Shown here piece after piece: positions 51,758 through 64,000 of a DNA stretch of 64,000 bases (position 1 is its first letter; every line of letters starts with the position of its first letter). Location: NCBI GenBank assembly GCA_964016885.1, contig OZ024741.1, positions 173,972,001-174,036,000 of the forward strand. Reading direction: 5' to 3'. Source of the DNA: Eledone cirrhosa (taxonomy: Eukaryota). A program made the translations under genes and the position numbers. Under the pieces are notes generated by a model, which did not search any database, was not told where the DNA came from, and saw only the letters and a list, made by a program, of their open reading frames with translations.

Positions 51758-53400
51758 TGGATAGGAAGGGGAAAAGGCTAGACCATTTTAGGACCCTACT
51801 AGGAGAGCCGCCCTCCACAGCCCAGAACACTGGGGGAGATCAGGCGGCTGTTTGAAGAACTGGATATTGAGACAGAGCCCTTCACCAGAGAGGAGCTTCA
51901 GAGAGCCAAGAAGAAGATCAAGGAGGGCAAGGCTCATGGAGAAGATGGAGTGGCATCAGAGGTGATGAAGAGGTGTGATTTTGATGATATCATCCTGGCT
52001 TTCTGTAACCAGGCACTGGAGAAGGGAGTTGCCCCGAATCAGTGGAGGATCAGTAACTTCGTCCTAGTGCCAAAGAAGGGAGATCTCTCTAATACCAACA
52101 ACTACAGGGGGATCTCACTGACGTCACTTGTGGCAAAGACCTTCAACAGGATGATTCTTGACAGGATCTAGCCCGAGATCGAGAAGAAGCTCAGGGACAA
52201 CCAGAACGGCTTCAGAGAGGGAAGATCAACCACCAGTCACATCCTGATGCTGAGAAGGATATTAGAGGGCGCTAGAGCAAAGTACCTTCCTGCGGTCATG
52301 GTTTTCATTGACTTTAGGAAGGCCTTTGATTCTGTGGACCGTCACTGCCTGATGAAGATCTTACAGACTTATGGAATCCCCAAGAGGTTAGTGGACTTGA
52401 TATCACTGCTCTACAACAACACCAAAGCCCAAGTCATTACACCTGATGGGATGACAGAGTTCTTTGAGATACTGGCTGGAGTGCTCCAAGGAGATACATT
52501 GGCTCCCTACCTTTCTATCATCGTAGTGGACTATTGTATGCGCCTTGCACTGGAGAAACACCAGGACTCTGGCTTTACTGTAACACCAGCTTAGAGCAGG
52601 AGAGTTAAGGCGAAAAAGATATCGGATGCTGAATTTGCCGATGGCATAGTTTTGGTGACAAATACAGTGAAGGAAGCAGAGGATGTGATGCAGGAAGTTG
52701 AGACTGTGCCGATGAGTGTGGGGCTGAGAATGAATGAGACTAAGACAAAATGTCTGGTAGAGAATGTTGAGAAGCCAGAGGGGATTACTAATGTAGGCGG
52801 GAAGCCGCTGGAATTAGTTGAGGACTACTTGTATTTGGGAGCAAAGATTGGGAATACGGAAGATGATGTGTTTGAGAGGAAGAGCAAAGCCTGGGTGGTG
52901 TGCCACAGCTTGAGATCGGTGTGGAAGTCAGACCCTCGTGAAGACCTGAAGATCCACCTCTTCATTGCTGTAGTGGAGTCTGTGCTGCTGTACGGGTCTG
53001 AGACTTGGACACTGACCAAGAAACTCACTCAGATGGTGGATGGGTGCTACACAAGAATGCTGAGGATGGCTCTGAACAATAATCAATATACACTGAGGAT
53101 GAAAAACTCAGAGCTGTATGGGAGCCTCCCAAGAGTCAGCTCAAAAGTGACACAGAGGTAAGTGAGGTTAGCTGGACAAGCTCACCGACATCCAGAGTTG
53201 ATCCTGCACTCAGTGCTCCTGTGGGAGCCCCTGCATGGACACACTGGAAACGGAAGACCAAGGTTAACGTATGTTGATGCCCTAAGGACAGACACTGGTC
53301 TGTTGGAGACGTGGGACATGGCAGCGATAATGAGGGACAGAGACCGCTGGAGAGAACTCATCTATGGATCTCGGAAATTTTACCCGCCCTAGATAGAGAT
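51758..53400 (+). mobile_element. 5'-truncated LINE of a second RTE-like family, pseudogenised
   Basis: NYRGISL, QNGFREGRST, FIDFRKAFD, GVLQGDTLAPYL, FADG (mutated active site), LLYGSETW, GRPRLTY; in-frame stops at 52169, 52592 and 53159; no PHD insert. Confidence 0.9.
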
Positions 53401-53403
53401 ATA

Positions 53404-54459
53404 TCTACTATATAAATTTGAAATGGTCGGACGTTGTATGTGTAGGTGTAGTCGGATAAACGTCAAACTGGCTTGGTCGAATGTAGCGAAAATTTACACA
53501 GTTATGCAGAATGACCCGAGGAGGCGTTTGGGTCGACTTTCAAGCTACAAGCTTCCATTGTTACGGAGAAAATTGATGAAACAGGAATTTCCCATTCAAA
53601 TTGAACTGAGAGTAATCTGTGAACGCAGAAGTCAATATTTAGAGAAACCTTCCAACCGAACGAAAACAGGAAGACGATGTTTTGGTTCATGAAGACGTTC
53701 CCTGGCAATGAATGGAAAAAAAGTGAGGATAATACGTCGTTATGTGGAACGAGAAGAACAATTTCATGCAAAGACAAGATCAAGTTTATGGTATAAATGG
53801 AGTCGTTAGACTAATATTCTATTTAAAATAACAGAATGATTTCCAGCCCCGGAGTTTAAGAATGATGTAAATAAAATTGAAAACGAAAATGACAGAGGTT
53901 ATTAAAATAGTAAAAGTAAATAGTGAAGATTTAGGCCAGTACATACGTATGCCCCGACGGACGTACACATACATACGCACACACAAATACATACACACCG
54001 ACACACACGCACGCGCGCGCGTATGTATTAACCTTATGCATTTCTACAGTATTTTCACCAAACTTAAGTCATAGGTTACTTATGTACTCCGGATGGTCAT
54101 GGGCACTTTCATTTTTCCAGATATTTATTATAGGGCCTCCCGGCAGATAATCCCCTTTAACCACTTCCTTGGAGTCGACTGAAGCACTGCAGTGCAATGC
54201 AACAAAACGTCATAACTTCTGGAGTTTGCAACCGATTTTCACAAAACTTGAGACATGGCCTACGTTTGTCCTACAGATGAATGTGAACTCTCAGAATTGG
54301 CACATATTGAGTAGGGGACCCCTGGGGGCAGTAACCCCCTTTTGGAAAAAGCCAATGATTTTGTAAAAGTATAGTTTTCGAGGTAGCACTGAAGTATTGA
54401 CATAAATGGTATACACAACTGCTATTTAATACCTGAGCAACGCCGGGTACCTCTGCTAG
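53404..54459 (+). mobile_element. Non-autonomous Helitron
   Basis: A|TCTACTATAT ... CCTGAGCAACGCCGGG hairpin, CTAG|T; 3' terminus similar to that of 2383-3367. Confidence 0.85.
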
Positions 54460-54479
54460 TATATATATATATATATATA

Positions 54480-55027
54480 TCATCATCATTATAATCATCG
54501 TTTAATGTCTATCTTCCACGCTAGCATGGGTTTAGGCAGGAATTGTCCCACTTGAGGCAAGATTAGTCATCTCGCTCGTATAGGACTGTCTGGCAGGTTT
54601 ACTATGGCTGGATGCCCTTCCTAACACCAACTACGTTTACAGTGTGGACTGGGAGGTTTTTACTGTGTTACCTACACAGCCACATTACAGTGTGGACTGT
54701 GTGTTTTTTTGTCGTGACACCTACACAACCTCATTTATTTAGGACTGTATGTTGTGGTACCAACATAACTTTACAGAGAAAGGGCTGGTGTTGATGGGGG
54801 TGGGGTGGAGATGGGTAGTGAGATGGGGGTGTATATTTGGTTAAAAGGTGCCTACTGACTAGGTTTCGCTTTGTACATAGGCAAGGCGGGTCTTCTGTAT
54901 TACTGCGTAGCGCCAAAGATCTCGGTCCAGTGACATTGTCTTAGAGAGGTATAAGTGTGTAAGGTCGGAATTTATCAAATCGTCCCAGGTTTTTTTGGGG
55001 TCTGCCTACTCCGTAACTTCCATCAAT
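54480..55027 (-). mobile_element. RTE 3' fragment of the 6516/9751 subfamily
   Basis: Reverse complement of ~11425-11950. Confidence 0.92.
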
Positions 55028-55157
55028 ATATGTATATATATATAAAAAAATATAAACATGTTTTATATACATTTAATCTACTATTTTAATTATACATTTT
55101 CCAGAGCTTTTAAAAGTTATTTCTTCATATTTGATTATTTAATATTTTCATAAATAG

Positions 55158-55260
55158 CCACCACCAGAAATCCCTGTTTTCCCGGAATTTTCCGTTCGAA
55201 TATGCCTTTTGGGAAAGGCATTTAGTGGGAAGTCTTTCTGTGCAGAGAAATTAGCTGAAG
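55158..55260 (+). CDS. SPEF2: SPEF2 internal exon with P-loop (PPPEIPVFPEFSVRICLLGKAFSGKSFCAEKLAE)
   Basis: tAG/GTATGT, 103 bp, phase 0 to 1; Walker A GKAFSGKS matches SPEF2 CLLGKTLSGKT. Confidence 0.93.
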
Positions 55261-56431
55261 GTATGTATGCCTATAAGTCAGCAAATTGGCAGATTCATTA
55301 GAATGTTGGATAGAATGTTTTACAGTATTCTGTCCAACCTTCTCTGCTGCTTCCCATTCATCACCTATGTCTCAATCCTATGAATATGGCTCTTTTCATA
55401 CATGTAGCATGCACCTTTCTCTTCAGTTTCCGCAATGCTCCTCTCCAAATTAGTATGTCACTCAGTTCTCAGAATTTCTTCCATGCACAAAAAGGACTTC
55501 AAGAACAATTTCAAATATATTGGATACAGATATCTTTAGATCAGTGGGGTAAATGGTGGGGGGTAGTGGTTGTGATGGGAATCTTTGTTGCAGACATCTT
55601 TAACTTAGTGGTGGAAATCATGGTGGTGGTGGTGGTGACATTGACACTCAATAAGTTACTCACAATTTGAAAACAAATTCATCATTACCATTTTACATTT
55701 GTTGTATGCTGGCATGGGTTGGAAGGTTTGTCACAGACCAAATCGGTACCTGATGTCCTCTCAGACAAGCTTGAGGCCTGCATCTTACTTTACAGAGTGA
55801 ACTGAGTGCATTTTATCATGGCACCAGCACAAGAGAAGTTATTTTGATACAATAGGAGAGTCCTCTCAACCCTATGTCTGACAAGTTTTCTATAGGTGGA
55901 TGCTCTTCCAAATGCCAACCACTTTACAAAGGTGTACTGGGTGTGTTTTATCCTGGCACCAGCACTAGGGCAGGTTTCATGCTCTTGGCACAACTGAAGA
56001 ATAGAGAGAGATTTTCAGTTGAGTTAATGACCAATAATCTCCCTCATGCTTGTACCATGATAAAATGCACCCAGTATACTCTATAATGTTTTTGTTGTTA
56101 GGTAGGTCCTCTAGTCATAAGAAACTTGCCAGACAAAGGGACAAGAGGATTTTTCAGTTGTGTCAAGAACGTAACAACGTCTCTAGTTCTGGTGCAACAA
56201 TAAAATGCACTTAGTGCGCTCTGAAAATGCTAGAATATATACATGCAAACAAGTTTTGGAACTGCTGGGCTGTCAGATGAGTAACTCCTATTAAGTACTA
56301 ACTACATCTGTGATGAACAATCCAACACATGCCAACATAGAAAAGCAAACATTAAATAGGATAACAGAAGTAAAAAAAAAAATTGATATTAAATTTCAGA
56401 ATAGGATAACAGAAAAATTGTTTTATTTCAG

Positions 56432-56523
56432 AATATAACCTGAAAATTCTAGATATTGATGAACTTATCAAAACTGCAATCCAAGTTTACCAAGACAGTA
56501 ATGATTATGCACAATTAACTTCT
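56432..56523 (+). CDS. SPEF2: SPEF2 internal exon (YNLKILDIDELIKTAIQVYQDSNDYAQLTS)
   Basis: tttcAG/GTAAGT, 92 bp, phase 1 to 0; matches IQILSIDTLVQEAIQAFHD. Confidence 0.9.
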
Positions 56524-57554
56524 GTAAGTTGCTAATTTTGTATTTTTGTTTTCTATCTTTCTACTTTTTTCTATGTATGTATATTACCTATCAATACATT
56601 TTTATATATAACTAGGATTTTTTTCAACATACTGACATGTATGTGTATATGTGTGTGCGTGTGTGTATGTGCATATGCATACGTTTATATGTATGAGTAT
56701 ATAAATATAATTGTACAAACACAGACACATTTACAAACATACACACTCAGACATACATTCAAAAATACACTGACATACATTCACACAAACATATACACAG
56801 CATAACAAATGAAATGCCAGCTGCTAATTTGCTATATTTTTTTCACCACCTCCTGCTTTGCTTTTATACACACACTTACATTCATGCAGGCAGCAAACGT
56901 AAAGAGAGAGGAGTAGTATGAGTAGTCAAACCCTGTGTGGTATACGAGGCAACTAAAACAGTTGGCATCAGGAATGTAATATGGCTGTAAAACATTGTCT
57001 CAAAAATCTAATACAACCCATGCCAGCATAGAAAAGTGGGTATAAAAATGATGATAATGATATTACATATCAATAAGTTTTATTGTTGCCTAGATTTTAT
57101 AGTATTTAGTGGTCAATTTGACAGAGCTATTAGTTCCAGGTCTCTGCAGTCTGAGTTCAAATCCTGCCATGCCAACGTCCACTTTACCTTTTGACCTGTT
57201 CAATTCAATAAAGAAAGTACCAGCCAAGTGCTGGTGCAGCCCTCTCTCCCCTTTCATCTGTCACATCCTGGATATTCTGCTGGACCAAGGACTGGAGGGT
57301 CGTGTGGGTGTTTGTGTCTGCAACTGTTCATGCACAATTGCAAATAATGACTGTACTAGGTTCTCTTGTTAGGGTCTTGGACTCATGATCATAAGGTCTT
57401 GGTTCAGTTCTGGTGCAGGGAGCTGTGTTGAGTTGTTGAGCAAGATACTTCATCTCACATTGATTTTCATGATAGGACTGATGCGGCATATCATTAAAAT
57501 CTCCTCTGAGATATAACCTTGTAAAAGGCCAGCTAAACCTGCATAAGTGTGAAT

Positions 57555-58125
57555 TCATTATCATAGTTTAACGTCTATCTTCCACGCTAGCATGGGTAGG
57601 ACGGGCTGCCCTTTTGTGAGGGATCAGGTCAAGGAACCGTGATTCGCTCACACAGAACTGATTTTGGCTTGGGTTTCTATGGCTGGATGCCCTTCCTAAC
57701 ACAAACCACATTTATAGTGTGTGCTGGGTGCTTTTTGTCATGTTAGCTACATGACCACTTTACAGCATGGACTCAGTGCTTTTTATTGTGACACCTACAT
57801 GACCACTTTACAGTGTGGACTGGGTGCTCGCTTTTGTCATGACACCTACATGACGACTATAGTGTGGGCTGGGCTCTTTTGTATTGACTCCAGCAGGGAT
57901 CACTTTATAGAGGAGGTTGGAAACTTGGGCAGGGTGGGGGAGATGCTTAGGGAAATTGGAGACATAGGTATAGAGGAGGTTTATGGGAGGGGAGATGGTA
58001 GGGAATGGTATTGCCTACTAGGTATATACCTCAGCCCAAGAATAATAGAGGGCGGGTCTTCTGTAATACTTCATAGCACCAGAGGTCATGGTCCTGTATC
58101 ATCATCTTAGTGAGGTGTAATTGTA
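57555..58125 (-). mobile_element. RTE 3' fragment with ~4 tandem UTR modules
   Basis: GTTTAACGTC tail, GGATGCCCTTCCTAAC, repeated CCACTTTACAG...GGGTGCTTTT units, and the ORF C-terminus. Confidence 0.8.
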
Positions 58126-59144
58126 TCAACGAAATGATTGAACAGGGACCCCTATCATTAAAACACCCAAGAAACCTATGAGATGCAACCTCATACAAGG
58201 TCAGCTGTACATACATAAGTATGAGCTGTAACAACGTGATAGGAATGGAGTCATCTATCATTAAAATACCCAAGAAATTTTTATTATGTAGGAGGTCAGC
58301 TAAACTTGCATAAGTCTTAGCAGTAAATTTTTTTTTTTTTCTGTACATATGTAGCATGTATTTTTATTGAGGGTGTAAAAGGTACAATTTCCTCAGACTT
58401 TGTTCAATCTCCACTCAGATGAAACTGGTCAGTTTCTTGTGAGAAATTATACCTTTTATATCTTCAAGAAAAATATAAATGTTTGTATCTGGTTGTATGG
58501 GTCTTCATATCTAAATCGTTTAAAGCAAATGATGTAATTTATTTATGTCCCGCTTAAGCAGTACATCCTGCAGTCAATCACTCAACAAGGGTGAGTTGTA
58601 TAAACTATCATTTATGAAATAAATTATGGATTGTTGTCAGAAGTGGCATCTGGCTGTAGAAAAACTTCCTCAAAAGATCTCGTCTAACCCATGCCAGAAA
58701 GGAAAAATAGTTCTAAAAAGGACAATGATAAGTTGCATATGTTTTAAGGGACCTTTTTCTGTTATTTCTAGCAAGCTAAGCAACAATTTAGAGGTCCCAT
58801 GCTGGCTCGTAAAAGTCAATATATGTATTAGAAGTATTGATAAGCTCAACCAACCAGTACATTTAACATTATGCAAATGTGAATTTTTTTTTTTTTTGAG
58901 AATATCCTTAACCCTTTATAGAACAAACTTCCTGGAACTGCCTTTGTGAAAATGCTCAAATTTAAATTCAAATTCTGAATTGAAATCTCATTATTACATG
59001 GCAGATGATATTAAATTTCAATAGTGAAATATTTATATTTCGTTACTTAGTTGAAAGTTAGCTACTGCACTAAACCTCTTATAATTCTTGATTATTTTGA
59101 TAATTAGAACATAACTAGCATAGTACCTGTCAAAAATAATAATA

Positions 59145-59163
59145 ATAGTAGTAGTAGTAGTAA

Positions 59164-59232
<69 letters not shown>
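59145..59232. repeat. (TAG)n microsatellite
   Basis: Read directly from the sequence. Confidence 0.98.
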
Positions 59233-59867
59233 ATGAAGTGAGAATACCAGTTGTAGTATAGGTTGATATTTGGTAATTCATATTTTTACATGTTTTCTTT
59301 TTTAATTTGCTGTTCTTCAGAAATTCCACCCTTACACACACATACACACACATTCACACACACAACACACAAACACAAACACAAACACAAACACACACAC
59401 ATACACACACACACATCATCATCATTCAACATCTGTTTTCCCTGCTAGCAAGGGTTGGATGTGTCTTCACAGACCTAGTTAATACTCAAGTGGGGCTACT
59501 AACCTCTGGATGGGCTGAGGGTCTACATCTTCCTTACATACAATCACACACTTTCCGAAGTGTATTGTATTGTGGCACCAGCATTAGTGAACCTGTCATG
59601 TCTTTCACACAGCTGAAGAGTTCTGCCAAATCTTTGTTTGTCAGGTTTTCTATGGCTGGATGCTCTTAGTATCACTAATCACTTTAAAGAGTGTGCTGGT
59701 TGTGTTTATCATGTAGATCACTAACACTAGTGTTTTTGATACAACTAAAAACTTCTTCCAGCCCTTTGTTTGACATATATATGTATCAGATAGGGTGTGG
59801 TAAAATACCAAGTGGACCATAACCCACCAGAGTACTCGATACTTGGGATAGTAGAGTGGATTATATA

Positions 59868-60186
59868 TATCATCATCATCATCATCACCGTTTTACGTCC
59901 GTTCTTCCACGCTAGCATGGGTTAGACGGGTTGTCCTGTTGTGTGCAGTGTCTGGTCGGCTGACCATGCCTTGCTCATACAGGAACTGATCTGGCTTGAT
60001 TTCTACAGCTGGATGCCCTTCCTAACACCAACCTCATTTACAGTGAGTGCTGGGTGCTTTTTCGTGGCGCCTACACGTCCACTTTACAGTGTGGGCTGGG
60101 TGCTTTTTTGCCGTGGCACCTCCACGACCACCTTGCAGTGGGGGTGTGGGGGCATATTGTTTATATGCTTCAGCATGTACCCATAT
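59868..60186 (-). mobile_element. RTE 3' UTR fragment
   Basis: Near-identical to 50520-50827. Confidence 0.9.
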
Positions 60187-61067
60187 GTATATATATATAT
60201 ATGAAGTATTTCCGTAGGACGGGTAAATATATATATAAGTTGACGGACCCAGCATAGGTATCAATGCTAGGACCGGTTGCATCTCAGCGTACTCAATAGG
60301 TAATGTTAAATAAACTCCCTGAGTATACACATAGTTATTCGCTTCAATACAACACATGTAAACGGGTACCTTCAATTGTTCCTGAACTCGAGTTTTGGCC
60401 ACACTTAATGCAGCAACAGAGTGCACTGCACCCTCAGTCCGCATATATTATGCAACAATGCACAATCGGCGCATGTGGCTTCATCAGCGGGCTTCGCCTA
60501 ATCAATAACCAATCGATCGACTGAATTCGACTCCAGTCCGTGCTGGCTATGACTGTATGTGACGGCTAACACAGTAAAATGTTGGTAACTGGAATCTCTC
60601 TGTGTCACAATGCTGTCTCCGATTTATAAATTTACGTGATGACAGGAGACGAAATTCAAATTGTTCTGCCCCGCCATAAGCACTCAACCAATAAATATCA
60701 AACACAAATTAATAAGTTAGTGAAAAATTGGCTATTAGAGAAATTCAGTCTCCAATCGCTGTACAATAGAACGTATTCGGCTCTAGTCTCCAAGTCCCAT
60801 GGCGAGAAATTGTGCGATAGTAACAATGGTTGCACTTAAAACCTTTACGGACATTAAATGCCAACTGGTGATTATACAGCGATATAGAGTAGCATGTTGG
60901 TTAGAGTCTGAATTCTAGATATTTCGGCCAACCACATGTGTAAACCAGTCTATTTAACAACTCTTACGATTCAATAGGTGAGTGAGAGAGAAAATTTAAA
61001 ACAGGAATTAGAATGTATATTAAAACAAAACAATAAAAAATGTGAAAAATTGTTCAACTTACTCTCA

Positions 61068-63073
61068 TCTAAACTATAGTAAAGCAAGGGCTGCAGGACT
61101 GTGTACAGTTTATTTCTTTTAATCCGGTTAGTAAAATAAGTTGGATTACTTTGAATAAATAACGAATGGATATTACATAATTTATGTGCTAAATTTTGTA
61201 AACAAATAATTTTGTAAAAATAAATAATCCAAAATTGACTTCTTTTCAAAGTTGCACCTCCGGTATATCGTTACCACCACCACCACTTCAACTACCATAT
61301 ATATAGAAAGAGAGAGTGTGTGATGAGAAAGATAGAGAGATTATGATTTCCTATACACTGACACGTATGAGTGTGCACATACATACATCTATATGTATGA
61401 GTATATAACTATTATGAGTATATAACTATAATGGCGCAAACACAAACTTATAAAAATACACACTCATGGACATAATTCACACACATACACATACATTCAC
61501 ACAAATATACATACATTCACACATACTTTCACACAAACATACATACGTTCACACATATACATTTACACAAACATACACATACAGTCATGATAGTGTTCGG
61601 TTTAATTGGAAATGGGAGGGTAAAGCAAGTATAACGTTTTATTATTTATTAACTCTTGGGTGGTGAATTGGCAGTAACGGTAGAGGGTTGGATGCCATGC
61701 TTTCTAGCATAGTTACATCCCTTTAGAGTCTGAGTTCAAATCCCGCCGAGGTTAACTTTGCCTTTCATCCTTACGGGGTCGATAAAATAAAGTATCAGTA
61801 ATGCACTGGGTAATTGCTGGCCTTGTGCCTAAAGTAGAAACAATTATTTATTAACTCTTTATTTATTTATTAACTCTTTTTTTTTTAAAACTCATTTAAT
61901 ATAACTAGCAGAAAAACCACCCTTCAGGTGGTTTTCTACTAGCATGTTTGGTGTGTATATTGATATTATACGCAAGTATATATGCATGTAGATATGATAC
62001 ATCAAATAAAACCGTAATTGACAATATACACAGAAATTGAACGAAGACTGTTACACTTTCTTAAGTAATCAGTAACGTAATCCATGATACATTTAAAAAA
62101 GACGATATTATATATCTGCTAGCTTGTGTAGTGTGTATATTGATATTATACGCAAGCATATATGCATGTAGATATGATCAAATAAAATAGTAATTGACAA
62201 TATAAACAGAAATTGAAAGAAGACTGTTACACTGTCTTATGTAATCAGTAACATAATCCATGATACATTTAAAAAAGACAATATTAAATATAAACTGCAT
62301 TAGGAGAAAATTAGTGACAGAAATATATGAATATTTATTTAAACGATCGCTAACCGGAAGAGTTGACATTTGAAAATTTTAAAGAAGTGAATTTTTAAAT
62401 AAGGAATAAAATATATTTAATGAACAGCCACGAAATTTAGAGGATAAATTATGTAATATTCATTCATTATTTATTCAAAGTAATCCAACTTATTTTACTA
62501 AGGGGATAACAATTTATAAACCGTACGCAGTCCCACGCTTCTTACTTTATTATAGTTTAGATTAAGCACTGTTGTACGCCCATTGATTAGATATATATAA
62601 ATGTAATAGCATATAAATTATGTCTGATACAGACACACACACATATATATATATTTATATATATATACACACACATACATACCACACCACACAAATCGTC
62701 TGCCGAAGTTAGTGAAGCTATTATTAAACCTCCCCGGATGAAGTAACTTGCAATTTCTTCATAATTCTTGAAATGCAATTATACATCTAACGGACACACT
62801 CTCTAGAATAGATATATTTGTGTGTGTGTGTGAGAGAGAGAGAGGTAGATAGACAGGTAGGTTGGCAGGTAGATAGAAAGATAGACGAGAGTGGGGTTGT
62901 CTGTATATGTGGCTGTGTGTATGTATGTGAAGATGTGGAAATAAGGAAAGGATAATTTCCAATGATTTCCAATGATTCAATCCACAGGTGTATATTCCTT
63001 TTACCATTGCATAAGTACATAGACTCACTCACACATGTATATATATATATATATATGTATGTGTGGTGTGTTT
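61068..63073 (+). mobile_element. Second copy of the 5' part of the composite Helitron, including the nested antisense element (61905-62561)
   Basis: Collinear with 23584-25100 and 26313-26697; A|TC start; cut off by an RTE. Confidence 0.88.
61658..61842 (+). mobile_element. SINE family B with 17-bp TSD
   Basis: ATTATTTATTAACTCTT at 61641-61657 and 61843-61859; absent from the paralogous site near 24165. Confidence 0.9.
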
Positions 63074-64000
63074 ACTGGTTGCACGCATCATCAATCAGGC
63101 TATATATGGCGGTGTCATACCCAAAGACTGGTGCAGCAGTATTCTCATAAATTGCTACAAAGGTAAAGGGGATGCTCTGGAGAGGAGCAATTATAGGGGT
63201 ATAAAACTGATGGATCAGGTTATGAAAGTGGCAGAAAGGATATTAGCACAACTAATTAGAGAAAGGGTCAAACTAGATGAGATGCAGTTTGGTTTTGTTC
63301 CTGGGAAGAGTACAACAGATGCCCTCTTCTTGGTGAGACAATTGCAAGAGAGGTTCTTAGAGAAAAATAAGCCACTATACTTAGCCTTTGTTGACCTAGA
63401 GAAGGCCTTTGATAGGGTACCCCGATCTGTCATCTGGTGGTTCCTAAGGAAACTAGGTGTTGAGGAATGGCTTGTGAGAACAGTACAAACTTTGTACAGA
63501 GGTACTCTCAGTAAAGTCAGGGTAGGAATGGAGTTTAGTGAGGAATTCCAGATACAAGTAGGAGTACATCAAGGTTCGGTCCTCAGCCCGCTCTTGTTCA
63601 TTATAGTCCTCCAAGCCATAACACAGGAGTTTAAGACTGGCTGTCTATGGGAACTTCTCTATGCTGACAATCTGGTTCTTATAGCAGAATCAGTAGAGGA
63701 GCTAGAGAATAAATTCTGGCTATGGAAACGGCAGTTGGAAGCAAGAGGACTGAGAGTGAACCTAGCTAAGACAAAAGTGTTGATGAGTAGAAAAGAGGAC
63801 AAAACTCTGATTCCGTCAGGGAAATGGTCATGTTCGATATGCAGAAAAGGAACTGGCATAAATTTTATAAAATGCACACAATGCAGATCCTGGGTACACA
63901 AGAGATGTAGCGGGATAGCAGGCAAACTAACAGGTAGGGAGAAATATGTATGCAGTAGATGTACAGGGAAATTAGACAGTAGAAGTCGCATTGATAGACA
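63074..64000 (+). mobile_element. RTE LINE (same subfamily as 1-1900), 5'-truncated, runs off the window
   Basis: Near-identical to the reverse complement of 1-238; RT motifs with YADN in place of YADD; PHD-type Cys/His cluster at ~63825-63962. Confidence 0.93.

Noticed and set aside
60440-60495. CTGATGA on the minus strand as another hammerhead
   Set aside because: The expected GAAA reads GATT and stems I/III cannot be formed.

Overview
AT-rich, microsatellite-dense animal genomic DNA. The SINE/RTE repertoire suggests a coleoid cephalopod, probably Octopus (inference). The window lies inside one large + strand gene recognisable as SPEF2 (sperm flagellar protein 2/KPL2). Eight internal exons (18140-56523) with GT-AG boundaries splice into one continuous frame from the coiled-coil region into the adenylate-kinase-like P-loop. 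The introns contain RTE LINEs (one family with a PHD finger inside the RT), tRNA-derived SINEs, a decayed hAT transposon, a ~7 kb composite Helitron with a partial second copy, non-autonomous Helitrons, MITEs and three tandem arrays. Main points of interest: (1) a 7.7 kb, almost AG-free 51-bp satellite built from the end of an intron, which runs directly into a SPEF2 splice acceptor; (2) several type I hammerhead ribozyme motifs, two of them homologous with covarying stems; (3) an ETS+NRF1-motif minisatellite inside a Helitron; (4) a structured RTE 5'-UTR module that recurs in RTE 3' UTRs, SINE bodies and a tandem array; (5) a hAT transposase resembling an oomycete/algal-type lineage. All calls were made by eye; no searches were run.
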